Below, piece by piece: positions 8,896 to 18,489 of a stretch of 32,000 nt of DNA (the stretch's first letter is position 1; each line of letters opens with the position of its first letter). The stretch comes from Candidatus Saccharimonadota bacterium (GTDB lineage: Bacteria > Pseudomonadota > Alphaproteobacteria > Rickettsiales > Anaplasmataceae). The notes below the pieces were generated by a model, which saw only the letters and a program-made list of their open reading frames with translations, was not told the DNA's origin and made no database searches. The stretch covers positions 210,001-242,000 of the forward strand of contig NZ_CP092368.1 of NCBI RefSeq assembly GCF_025021925.1, written 5' to 3'. Made by a program: the position numbers and the translations under genes.

Positions 8896-9147
8896 ATGCG
8901 AAAAAACAAAGTGATAATTTATGTCAAAAATACATGTATATTTTGTCATCATACAAAAAAGTTACTCATCCAAAAGGATATTGAATTTGAAGAGATAGAT
9001 GTATTACAACATTCAGATTTATTTCAACAAATAAAATTACAATTTCATGTAAATACTGTACCACAAATCTTTATTAACAATCTACATATTGGTGGATATG
9101 ATCAATTACTACGTATTACTAAAGAAGGCGCATTAGATAAAATCTAA
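8896..9147 (+). CDS. grxC: Glutaredoxin (Grx3-like) with a non-canonical CIFC active site
   Basis: 83 aa collinear with Grx3: ...IYVKNTCIFCHHTKKLL..., TVPQIFI and IGGYDQL. The active-site tetrapeptide at nt 8935-8946 reads C-I-F-C. Confidence 0.85.
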   Translation: MRKNKVIIYVKNTCIFCHHTKKLLIQKDIEFEEIDVLQHSDLFQQIKLQFHVNTVPQIFINNLHIGGYDQLLRITKEGALDKI

Positions 9148-9453
9148 TAATCTCATATTTTATGGTATTGCATTGATCGAATTTCTCCTTAAATACATGA
9201 TAGCTCTATGTTTTCTTTGTATGCCCTTGCATCTAAGCATGCTTACTGTATTGTACATTATATAGTCTAGACTAATGAGATCAAATCTATTATATAAATT
9301 TAATATTAGTGAATATTAATACATTAATTTTTTATCATTAGATAATCTTGAATTTTAAATAATTCAATTAACAAAATATCATATAATATTCTTTTTACTT
9401 TGCATTATATATTTCTTAACATACTATTGCTCAGTATTAAATAGTGAATCAAT

Positions 9454-11925
9454 ATGCAACTATTAATCGTTGAATCACCTGCAAAAGCTAAAACAATTAG
9501 TAAATACTTAGGTAATGCGTTTAAGGTTCTTGCATCGTTTGGACATGTTAGAGATTTGCCACCTAAAAATGGCTCTATTAATCCAGATAATAATTTTGAT
9601 ATGAAGTATGAAATTATACCAAAATCAAAGCAATATATAAAAGATTTAATAATAACTGCTAGTCAAACATCAGAAATTTATCTTGCAACAGATCCTGATA
9701 GAGAAGGAGAAGCGATAGCTTGGCATATAATAGAAGTATTTAAAGAAAAACACATTATTAGTAATGTACATTGTATTTATAGAGTAGTATTTAATGAAAT
9801 CACAAAGAATGCAGTGCAAAAAGCAATACAAAACCCACGTAAGATCAATATGGATTTAGTACAAGCACAACAAGCACGTAGAGCTTTAGATTATTTGATT
9901 GGATTTAATATCTCACCATTACTATGGAAAAAATTACATGGCAGTAAGTCTGCAGGACGTGTACAATCGGTTGTATTAAGACTAATATGTGAGCGAGAAG
10001 ATGAGCTCAATAAATTCATTTTACAGAAATATTATAGTATCGAAGCAGAAATACAAAGTGATCACGATAAAGTGTTTCATGCAATATTAGTACAATATCA
10101 AAATCAAAAGCTAGACAAATATGATATTTCTAGTGAAGAGCAAGCACAAGAGATGATATATAACATTCAATCAGGTCAATACACTGTGAGTCAAGAATCA
10201 TGCACTCAAATTAAGAAAAATCCTGCACCTCCATTTGTCACATCTACTTTACAACAAGAAGGAGTCAGAAAGCTTCATTTAAATGTCAAAAATATTATGC
10301 GTATTGCGCAAAGTTTATATGAAGGTATAGATATTGGTGGTGAGACTGTAGGTTTAATCACCTATATGCGTACAGATGGATTTCATATTGCAGATGAAGC
10401 CATCATATCAATTAGAAAGATGATTGAATCAATATATGGAGTACAATATCTCCCACAGACTGTTCGTAATCATAAAAAAAAGATTAAAAATACTCAGGAA
10501 GCTCATGAAGCAATACGTCCTACTGATATCACCAGAATTCCAAATAGAATGACAGAATACTTAACTCAAGATCAATTTAAACTATATGAGTTAATATGGA
10601 AGAGAACAATTGCAAGTCAAATGGAATCAACAGTACTACATCAAGTAGTATGCGAAATCAATTCTTCTGATAAGAAGATTCTTTTAAGAGCAAGTGGATC
10701 TAATGTATTATTTGATGGGTATAGTAAAATATATCAAGATAGTAATATAGACATTGTTCCTGATATCATGCCTCCTATTATGAAGATAGGAGAAAGATGT
10801 AAATTAATATCAGTAAAATTCATTCAACATTTCACAAGACCTCCATTACGTTATAGCGAAGCAAGTATAGTACAAAAAATGGAAGAACTTGGAATAGGAA
10901 GACCTTCAACTTATGCAACAATTATTTCAGTACTAAAGGATCGTGGTTATATCTTATTAGATAAGAAGACATTTATTCCAAGTAACAGAGGTAAAATTGT
11001 TACTATTTTTTTAAAAGTATTTTTTGATCGTTATGTAGAATATGATTTTACAGCAGATATGGAAGAAAAACTTGATGCTATATCCAATGGACATGCAGAT
11101 TGGAAACGAGAATTAAGTAATTTTTGGACACCATTTTTTAAGCGTATTAATTCTGTCAATCAAATGACACATGATGCTGTTATCAGTGAGATTCATGACT
11201 TAATAATAGATTCTTTTTATTCAGAAGAAGAAAAAAAACATTTAGATATAAAATGTTATAGTTGTACTAGTGGAATATTAAAATTAACTTTTGGGAGAAT
11301 GGGAGTATTTTTTGGATGCTCTAATTATCCTATATGTCGCAATACAAAAGATATTCTACATCATGATGAAATCATAGAATTTCCAAAAAGTTTAGGTATA
11401 GATCCTCATAATCAACAAGAGATTTTAATTAAAAAAGGTCCTTTTGGATTATACTTGCAGTATCATAATAATTTAAAAAAGAAAAAGTCAATTTCTATAC
11501 CAAAAGATATCAAGATACAATCTCTTGATTTACATTTGGCTATAAAATTATTATCTTTACCCAGTGTGATGGGAAATCATCCAGATACTGGAAAGTCCAT
11601 AACATTATACCTTGGTAGATTTGGATACTATTGTATATATGATAATAAATACTTTTCTCTTAAGAAGAGTTCTCAAGAAATATTGAATATGCAATTAAGT
11701 GAAATATGTGAGATCATTACATATTATATTCAGAAAGCATTAAAATCTCTTGGTTATGATGCATTTGGCACAGAAGTATTCATATGTCATGGTAGATACG
11801 GATTATATATTAAACATCATAATACAAAGATCAAGTTGTCTGAAGATATAGATATTGAGAATTTAGACCTAAAAAAGGCTCTGGAATTAATTAATAATCA
11901 AAATACATATTTATTAAAACAATAA
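9454..11925 (+). CDS. topA: DNA topoisomerase I
   Basis: 823 aa. Toprim N-terminus LLIVESPAKAKTI and DPDREGEAIAWH, active-site Tyr context GLITYMRTDG, one intact Cys4 ribbon (CYSC...CSNYPIC), and cysteine-poor C-terminal repeats (GRFGYY, GRYGLY). Confidence 0.95.
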   Translation: MQLLIVESPAKAKTISKYLGNAFKVLASFGHVRDLPPKNGSINPDNNFDMKYEIIPKSKQYIKDLIITASQTSEIYLATDPDREGEAIAWHIIEVFKEKHIISNVHCIYRVVFNEITKNAVQKAIQNPRKINMDLVQAQQARRALDYLIGFNISPLLWKKLHGSKSAGRVQSVVLRLICEREDELNKFILQKYYSIEAEIQSDHDKVFHAILVQYQNQKLDKYDISSEEQAQEMIYNIQSGQYTVSQESCTQIKKNPAPPFVTSTLQQEGVRKLHLNVKNIMRIAQSLYEGIDIGGETVGLITYMRTDGFHIADEAIISIRKMIESIYGVQYLPQTVRNHKKKIKNTQEAHEAIRPTDITRIPNRMTEYLTQDQFKLYELIWKRTIASQMESTVLHQVVCEINSSDKKILLRASGSNVLFDGYSKIYQDSNIDIVPDIMPPIMKIGERCKLISVKFIQHFTRPPLRYSEASIVQKMEELGIGRPSTYATIISVLKDRGYILLDKKTFIPSNRGKIVTIFLKVFFDRYVEYDFTADMEEKLDAISNGHADWKRELSNFWTPFFKRINSVNQMTHDAVISEIHDLIIDSFYSEEEKKHLDIKCYSCTSGILKLTFGRMGVFFGCSNYPICRNTKDILHHDEIIEFPKSLGIDPHNQQEILIKKGPFGLYLQYHNNLKKKKSISIPKDIKIQSLDLHLAIKLLSLPSVMGNHPDTGKSITLYLGRFGYYCIYDNKYFSLKKSSQEILNMQLSEICEIITYYIQKALKSLGYDAFGTEVFICHGRYGLYIKHHNTKIKLSEDIDIENLDLKKALELINNQNTYLLKQ

Positions 11926-12005
11926 AACTATCTATGAGATTAAAAAACTAAATAATAAAATTTATTTCTCATATAGAAAGAATCATCATGCATATCAATA
12001 CATAT

Positions 12006-12824
12006 TTAAGTAGAAGATTTACAGTTAAAACATATTGCTTTTGCCCGTGTCACTGATTTCATCTCATTACTTGAAACTACATTTGAGCATATTGTGCATC
12101 TAATTTTATTACTTGGATTTAATGAGTGATCAATGGCAATTCTATCATCAAATACAAAACACTCACCTGTCCAATTTCCATATTTATTATGTGTATTTTT
12201 TAGATAAGAGATAATACCACCTTTTAAATAAAATACATTTTTAAATCCCAATGTCAGCATATATGCTGTGGATTTTTCACATCTAATACCTCCGGTACAA
12301 TACATAGCGATTGTAAGATCTTTGTGTATAGTACATGAGTTACACCATTGTGGAAATGCTCTAAAATTTAGAATATTAGGATTGATTGCATTTTTAAATT
12401 TACCTAATGCTACTTCATAGCAATTTCTAGTATCTATTAATATTACCTTAGCGCTATGAATAAAATCATCCCAAGATTCTGCATCAATATGTTGTCCCTT
12501 TAAAGATATATTCAGATCACTCATACCAAGAGTTACTATCTCTTTTTTTAGTCTTACTTTCATCTTACTAAACGTATGATCAGTTGCTTGACTTTCTTGC
12601 CATGTCAGATTTGCTAATTGAGGATAAGAATGTAAAAAATCAAATACCTTATCAATTTCATGTCTTCTACCAGAGATAGTACCATTAATACCTTCTGCCG
12701 CAAGAAGAATAGTACCTTTTAAATTCATACAATCGCATATCATTTTTATTTCATTTTTGAGTACATGATAATTAATCAGTTCTACAAAATGATAGAAAGT
12801 GGCAATGATGATGCTCATAATCAT
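12006..12824 (-). CDS. trhO: Rhodanese-domain protein, UPF0176/TrhO family (tRNA U34 hydroxylase-like)
   Basis: 272 aa. ...ATFYHF... N-terminus, rhodanese active-site loop YCTGGIRCEKS, and a C-terminal CxxC...CxxC pair. Confidence 0.8.
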   Translation of the reverse strand: MIMSIIIATFYHFVELINYHVLKNEIKMICDCMNLKGTILLAAEGINGTISGRRHEIDKVFDFLHSYPQLANLTWQESQATDHTFSKMKVRLKKEIVTLGMSDLNISLKGQHIDAESWDDFIHSAKVILIDTRNCYEVALGKFKNAINPNILNFRAFPQWCNSCTIHKDLTIAMYCTGGIRCEKSTAYMLTLGFKNVFYLKGGIISYLKNTHNKYGNWTGECFVFDDRIAIDHSLNPSNKIRCTICSNVVSSNEMKSVTRAKAICFNCKSST

Positions 12825-12988
12825 TTATATCTGATAGATAGTATAAAATATATCAAATGATAAAAAATAACTCAATATATATAAGTGTTTCAAAAAAAAA
12901 CTTATAAATTCTAAAGATATATATAGTTATAGATATGATTAATCAATATTAAAGCCTAAAAATTATCTCAAAATATTTGCATAAGATA

Positions 12989-13393
12989 TTAATGCGGTCT
13001 AATATTAAGATATGGACTATCTAAAGAAAAAGATGGTATTTTAACCTCGAAAGGTTGTGTACTATCTTCACTTAGAAATTCATACTTACCTTGCATGATT
13101 CCAGATGGAACATTTAAATAGGTTGCACTTGTGTATTTAAATATCTCTCCACATTTGATTATTGGCTGTTCTCCAGTCACTCCTACTCCAACAATTTCAT
13201 TAATCTTACCTTTATAGTCTATAATTTGCCAATGACGACTAAGTAATTGAATAGTTGATTGACTTTTATTTTTTATTTTTACACTATAAAGCCAAACATA
13301 GCAATCCTCATAAGGGATGGATTGCTCTTCAACATACACTGGTAAAACTGTTACCTCAACAGAGTTAGTAGTAAGTTTATATTTTATATTCAT
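12989..13393 (-). CDS. apaG: ApaG-domain protein
   Basis: ...[10 protein letters not shown]...[10 protein letters not shown]... matches the ApaG (DUF525) pattern. ATG 13393 is preferred over the track's TTG 13417. Confidence 0.8.
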   Translation of the reverse strand: MNIKYKLTTNSVEVTVLPVYVEEQSIPYEDCYVWLYSVKIKNKSQSTIQLLSRHWQIIDYKGKINEIVGVGVTGEQPIIKCGEIFKYTSATYLNVPSGIMQGKYEFLSEDSTQPFEVKIPSFSLDSPYLNIRPH

Positions 13394-13528
13394 AATAAAA
13401 TATATGAGATTGATCAAATAAATATGACTTAATATTATTAATAGAGTATTTTGCTAGACTGTTCAAGCATATAATTATATTCTTATTGTTAATATAATTG
13501 ATAGTTTAAGAAGATACAGGAGAGCACA

Positions 13529-14584
13529 ATGCGTGTATCACAAAAAGTGATAGGAATAATCGGTGGTGGACAATTAGGTAAATTAATTGCAATATCTGCA
13601 GCAAAGCTTGGACATACAACACATGTTTTGACTGATATTCAGGATCATTGCTCTTTTGCTAATGTTATAACCGTTGCAGATTTCTCTCATCATCAATCAC
13701 TTGAATTTTTTGCAAAAAATATAGATGTTTTTACTATTGAGTCCGAGAATATTCCATGTGATGTAATAGATTATATCTCATATTATAAAGCTTTTTATCC
13801 AGGGAAAAAAGCTTTATATATTTCTCAAAATAGGATTAGAGAGAAAGATTTTTTTCGAACATTAAATCTTCAAACTACTGATTATGCATGTATTCAAGAT
13901 TATGATAGCTTACTAGAAAAAAGTCAAATCTTTGGATATCCATTAATCCTGAAAACAGCAGAAATGGGATATGATGGGTACGGACAATATCTGATACAAA
14001 ATGATAATTCAATCATAGACTTTGTTGAATTTCAATGGAATACACAATATATACTAGAAGTATGTGTAGATTTCGTAAAAGAGCTATCAATAGTTTTAGG
14101 AAGAGATGAAAATGGTAGAGTGAGCTTTTTTCCTATTGCAGAAAATGACCATATAAATGGTATATTAAATACTTCAAGAGCACCAGCGCAAATAGATCAC
14201 ACAATCATTCAAGCAGTACAATATCAAGCACAGAAAATAGCAAATGCATTAGAAATAATAGGATTATTAGCTGTTGAATTCTTTTTGACTCAAGACAATA
14301 AATTATTAGTGAATGAGATAGCTCCAAGACCTCATAATTCTTGTCACTGGAGCTTAGATGCATGTAATATTAGTCAATTTGAACAGATGATTAGAATAAT
14401 GTGCGGTTTGCCTATGCAAGAAGTAGAACTACATTACCCGTGTATGACAAAAAATATCATAGGTAGCATGCCAATTTTAAAATATTTTAGTAATCAACAT
14501 GCAAGTATTACTTTATATGGTAAAAGAGAGATAAGAGATAAACGAAAAATGGGACATATTAATTTCAATTTATTAACTAGCTAA
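13529..14584 (+). CDS. purK: N5-carboxyaminoimidazole ribonucleotide synthase
   Basis: 351 aa. GIIGGGQLG N-terminus, ATP-grasp core (...YPLILKTAEMGYDGYGQ...) and NEIAPRPHNS. AGGAG lies 8 nt upstream of the ATG. Confidence 0.87.
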   Translation: MRVSQKVIGIIGGGQLGKLIAISAAKLGHTTHVLTDIQDHCSFANVITVADFSHHQSLEFFAKNIDVFTIESENIPCDVIDYISYYKAFYPGKKALYISQNRIREKDFFRTLNLQTTDYACIQDYDSLLEKSQIFGYPLILKTAEMGYDGYGQYLIQNDNSIIDFVEFQWNTQYILEVCVDFVKELSIVLGRDENGRVSFFPIAENDHINGILNTSRAPAQIDHTIIQAVQYQAQKIANALEIIGLLAVEFFLTQDNKLLVNEIAPRPHNSCHWSLDACNISQFEQMIRIMCGLPMQEVELHYPCMTKNIIGSMPILKYFSNQHASITLYGKREIRDKRKMGHINFNLLTS

Positions 14585-15615
14585 TCATTGTGCATTTGAG
14601 CAACTAGAGTGGTAAGAATTTGTATGATATTTAGCGCTGCTCCCTTTCGTAGATTATCAGAGACGATCCACATATTTAATCCGTGTGTTACTGTCTCATC
14701 TTCTCTAATACGAGATATGTAGACTGCATCTTCACCTACAACATCAATATGAGTTGTATATCTAAGTTCTTGTGGGTTATCACATACTAATATACCATTT
14801 TCTTCATCAGCATTTAGAATTTTACGAGCTTGTTCTTTAGTAAGATGACTACAAAATTCTACATTTACTGATATCGCATCTCCGATAAAAACAGGTACCC
14901 TGACACAAGTAACATTCATTTTTATCTCTTCATCTAAAATTTTTTTCGTTTCTTCAGAGATTGTTAATTCTTCTTCTGTAGCACCATTATGCATAAATTC
15001 TCCTATATGAGGAATACAATTAAATGCAATTTGCTTAGAGAAGATTTCAGGAGGATGATTTTCATTCATAAAAATCTTTTTTGTTTGATAATATAATTCA
15101 TTCATTGCATTATTTCCTATTCCAGAGGTTGACTGATAAGTTGAAGCAACGATTCTTTTGATATGTGCTCTCTGATGTAACGGATACAATGCTAGTAATA
15201 TATGAATTGTATTACAATTTGGATTAGAGATTATATTGAGATTTTTATATCTGAGTATTTGGTTTTTATTAATCTCTGGAATAATTAGTGGTACTTGTGT
15301 ATGCATGCTAAAATATGAAGAATTATCTATTACAATACATCCGGCTGCTGTAGCAATGGATATATATTGTTCAGAAATATAAGCGCCAGCACAAAAAATT
15401 GCTATGTTCATTCCTGAAAAATTATAATCCTTAAGACAACACACAGTGAGCTCTGTATTGCCAAAACTAACCTTTCTTCCACTTGATTTATATGATGCAA
15501 GAGCTACTACAGTAGATATAGAAATTTTTCCTGCATTCTGAAATTCAGCCAGTATACTTAATACTTTTCTACCGATACTGCCAGTTGCACCAACAACGGC
15601 AATTTTATATTGCAT
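14581..15615 (-). CDS. asd: Aspartate-semialdehyde dehydrogenase
   Basis: IAVVGATGSIG Rossmann N-terminus and active-site SNPNCNT. ATG 15615 is preferred over the upstream TTG 15639. The stop overlaps the purK stop. Confidence 0.9.
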   Translation of the reverse strand: MQYKIAVVGATGSIGRKVLSILAEFQNAGKISISTVVALASYKSSGRKVSFGNTELTVCCLKDYNFSGMNIAIFCAGAYISEQYISIATAAGCIVIDNSSYFSMHTQVPLIIPEINKNQILRYKNLNIISNPNCNTIHILLALYPLHQRAHIKRIVASTYQSTSGIGNNAMNELYYQTKKIFMNENHPPEIFSKQIAFNCIPHIGEFMHNGATEEELTISEETKKILDEEIKMNVTCVRVPVFIGDAISVNVEFCSHLTKEQARKILNADEENGILVCDNPQELRYTTHIDVVGEDAVYISRIREDETVTHGLNMWIVSDNLRKGAALNIIQILTTLVAQMHND

Positions 15616-15787
15616 TTCAATAAAAATTACTAATTTCAAATATTATCTTGAATCCTTGATATAATGTACATAAATTTTAATGTTTTTTTTTACTTCTAAT
15701 ATATTGAGTATATATCTCAAGATACTATATCATTAAGTATTGAGTACAATATGACAAAAAAGACAAAATAATATATATGTCAAAATA

Positions 15788-17077
15788 TCAAGATAATACC
15801 ATTTTACGGTACCATAATAAATAAATTGGAATACCGCTAACAGTAAATAAACTAGCAATTAATAAAATATTCACTGATAGTGTACATATTAACCATATAC
15901 AGAAGGATATAGCAATGATACCAATCCATAATTTAAAATAGCATTTCTCTTGTGCCATGATGGTAAGAAAGACAAGAGAACATACTAAATATACAAATAA
16001 ATATGATACTACAGATATATTAATTATAAATGTTATTTGTTGAGCAAAATTTTTACTTGCAGTGAGCATCAGTAACAGACAAGTACCTAGTACACTCATA
16101 CTGATACCCCAAATAGGAGCACCATACTTATTGCGTGTAGTAAAAATTTGAGGCATAAACTTCTCTTTTGCCAAACTCAAAGCAACTTGTCCACTTCCTA
16201 ATACCCATGCATTAAGTGAACTAATACATACAATCATAACAATTATAGATATTATTATCTGTCCAGATATGCCATAAAATATCATTTGCATTGCATCAAA
16301 GTATGGTGCTTGTGATATAGCAAGTTCTTTACTATCTATTAATCCCATAATTGCAACGCTATTAAATAAATAAATAAAAGCAACAAGTATCGTACCCAAT
16401 ATCATTGCTCTTGGTATTATCTTAATAGGATTATTCACCGAATCTGCAGAAATTGTGGCTGATTCAAGTCCAATAAAACACCATAGAGTTAGTAATGTAG
16501 AACGTGCAAGCAACTGAGTAGTTGTAAGATGCAATAATTTCTCACTGACAAATAAATGATTAATACTAAAATAGAATATTACTATTGTTGGAATGATAAG
16601 AAGAGCAGAGATTTTTATAATCATCAGTATCACTTCGATATATCCTACAATAGTAATACCTCTTAAGTTGATTAACATAATAAAGATCATGAGCATAATC
16701 TCTAAAATGAGATTAATATTTTGTATCTTACCATTAGAACAAAATGATACAAAATAACTAATGCTGGCAATGACAACAGCTGTTGTACTTACCCAAGAAA
16801 TAACCCAATATGTCCAACCAACAAAAAAAGCTATTGTATTACCAAAAACATACTTAACATAAATATGTGGACCTCCAGTTTCTGGAAATTTACTACATAG
16901 TATAGCAAATACTAAAGTAAGACATATCGCTCCAAATCCTGATATTATCCAACTGATCGGAGCATATACGCCATATGGCGCTAGACTAATTGGTAAAATA
17001 AAAATCCCAGATCCAATTTGACTACTTATCACTAAAGCAAACACAGAAAAAAATCCTATTTTATTTGATCTTATCAT
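15788..17077 (-). CDS. APC-superfamily amino acid permease (basic amino acid/polyamine antiporter-like)
   Basis: 429 aa and about 12 predicted hydrophobic helices. N-terminal ...SSQIGSGIF.LP... and ...FPETGGPHIYV... are typical of APC/APA transporters. The substrate cannot be assigned from sequence. Confidence 0.8.
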   Translation of the reverse strand: MIRSNKIGFFSVFALVISSQIGSGIFILPISLAPYGVYAPISWIISGFGAICLTLVFAILCSKFPETGGPHIYVKYVFGNTIAFFVGWTYWVISWVSTTAVVIASISYFVSFCSNGKIQNINLILEIMLMIFIMLINLRGITIVGYIEVILMIIKISALLIIPTIVIFYFSINHLFVSEKLLHLTTTQLLARSTLLTLWCFIGLESATISADSVNNPIKIIPRAMILGTILVAFIYLFNSVAIMGLIDSKELAISQAPYFDAMQMIFYGISGQIIISIIVMIVCISSLNAWVLGSGQVALSLAKEKFMPQIFTTRNKYGAPIWGISMSVLGTCLLLMLTASKNFAQQITFIINISVVSYLFVYLVCSLVFLTIMAQEKCYFKLWIGIIAISFCIWLICTLSVNILLIASLFTVSGIPIYLLWYRKMVLS

Positions 17078-18485
17078 ACTTTAATTCTATATTGCTTTTT
17101 AAGAAAGCATCAGTACATGCATCCCGAAAAGCTTCATTAATATCAGGATGAGAGTGGCATATTCTATATATGTCTTCTGATGATGCTTCATATGCTATAG
17201 CAACCGATGCTTCATTAATTAATGAATCAGCATGTGCACCTAATATATGTACACCTAATATTGTATCTAATTTATTACAAGTGAGTACTTTTATGAAACC
17301 CTCAGTATCATCAGTTATTTTTGCTCGTCCATTTGCATTAAATCTACATCTACCTACTGTATATTCTTGAAGACATGTTTTTAATTGCTCTTCAGTTTTT
17401 CCAATAGCAGATACTGCAGGATGCGTGTAAATTACAGATGGAATCATTCCATAATGAATACTAGGTAATTGTCCTGATATTATTTCTGCAACTGCTATTC
17501 CTTCTGCCTCTGCTTTATGTGCAAGCATTGCACCGCCTATGACATCACCAATAGCAAATATTCCCTTGATAGTCGTTTCATATATATGATTTACTTGGAT
17601 AAATCCATAGTTATCTTTTTTTATTTTTCCCTCTATATTCAGATTCTGAGTATATGGCTTTCTCCCTACTGCAATTAAGACTTTATCTGAATCGATAGAG
17701 TGAGTGTGATGATCTTGAATATTGCGTACTGCAAGTTTGAGGGTATTATCATGTTTTGTAATTCCTTCAACTTTTGTATTCAACATAAATCTTATGCCTT
17801 GTTTTTTTAGAGAAGCAAGTAAATGATGACTGATCTCTCGATCCATAGTAGTAGCAATTCTATCATAGGATTCTACTATAGTAACATGAGTACCGAGTCG
17901 ATTCCATATAGAAGAGATTTCGAGTCCTATTGCACCAGCACCAATTACAGACAGAGTTTTTGGTATATCAGTCAGTGATAATGCTCCAGTTGAAGATATA
18001 ATATCTTGTTCATCAATATCAATATCCATGATAGAATTCACTGCAGAACCACTTGCAATCACTATATTTTTTGTCCTAAAAATTCGATTAGGCTTAACCA
18101 ACACATGCAAGTTATTATATTCAAAAGAAGTAATTGTTCCAATACCATGAATCTTATTAACCTTATAAAGACTAAACAAGTATTCTATTCCAGATGCAAG
18201 TTCTAATACTTTACTATCTTTATATTCTAACATCTCTTTAAGATTAAAATGAATATCTTGAATATGTATCCCTAGCTTTAATAGATCAAATTTTGTATGA
18301 ATATATTGATAAGAAGAATGTAGTAATGATTTAGATGGTATACAGCCTACTCTTAAGCATGTACCACCAAAAATGCTATTTTGATCAATACATGCAACCT
18401 TTAATCCAAGTTTTGCAGCAGTAATAGCACATTTATATCCTCCTGGGCCACCACCTATTACAATCAGATCATAATCATTGGTCAT
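17061..18485 (-). CDS. lpdA: Dihydrolipoyl dehydrogenase (E3), paralog 1
   Basis: YDLIVIGGGPGGY FAD motif, redox disulfide GGTCLRVGCIPSK, and C-terminal HSHPDINEA. ATG 18485 is preferred because the 29 extra codons of the track ORF lie inside the upstream gene. AGGAAA lies 9 nt upstream. Confidence 0.9.
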   Translation of the reverse strand: MTNDYDLIVIGGGPGGYKCAITAAKLGLKVACIDQNSIFGGTCLRVGCIPSKSLLHSSYQYIHTKFDLLKLGIHIQDIHFNLKEMLEYKDSKVLELASGIEYLFSLYKVNKIHGIGTITSFEYNNLHVLVKPNRIFRTKNIVIASGSAVNSIMDIDIDEQDIISSTGALSLTDIPKTLSVIGAGAIGLEISSIWNRLGTHVTIVESYDRIATTMDREISHHLLASLKKQGIRFMLNTKVEGITKHDNTLKLAVRNIQDHHTHSIDSDKVLIAVGRKPYTQNLNIEGKIKKDNYGFIQVNHIYETTIKGIFAIGDVIGGAMLAHKAEAEGIAVAEIISGQLPSIHYGMIPSVIYTHPAVSAIGKTEEQLKTCLQEYTVGRCRFNANGRAKITDDTEGFIKVLTCNKLDTILGVHILGAHADSLINEASVAIAYEASSEDIYRICHSHPDINEAFRDACTDAFLKSNIELKYDKIK

Positions 18486-18489
18486 AAAA

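Noticed and set aside
9263-9319. Perfect palindromes upstream of topA: TAGTCTAGACTA (9263-9274) and TTAATATT-agtg-AATATTAA (9300-9319). Also TCTTTATAAAGA at 30436-30447.
   Set aside because: Palindromes of 6-8 mostly A/T pairs are expected many times by chance in 32 kb of AT-rich sequence. There is no repetition or positional logic.
17170-17370. 66-aa ORFs antisense to lpdA (17170-17370 and 18006-18206). Similar ORFs lie at 20819-21025 (antisense to the second lpdA), 21632-21967 (antisense to gshB), 27242-27493 and 27509-27742 (antisense to lon), and 30637-30981 (antisense to the AEC permease).
   Set aside because: The reason is the same. They are embedded opposite strongly supported genes, with no motifs and no independent start or Shine-Dalgarno support.
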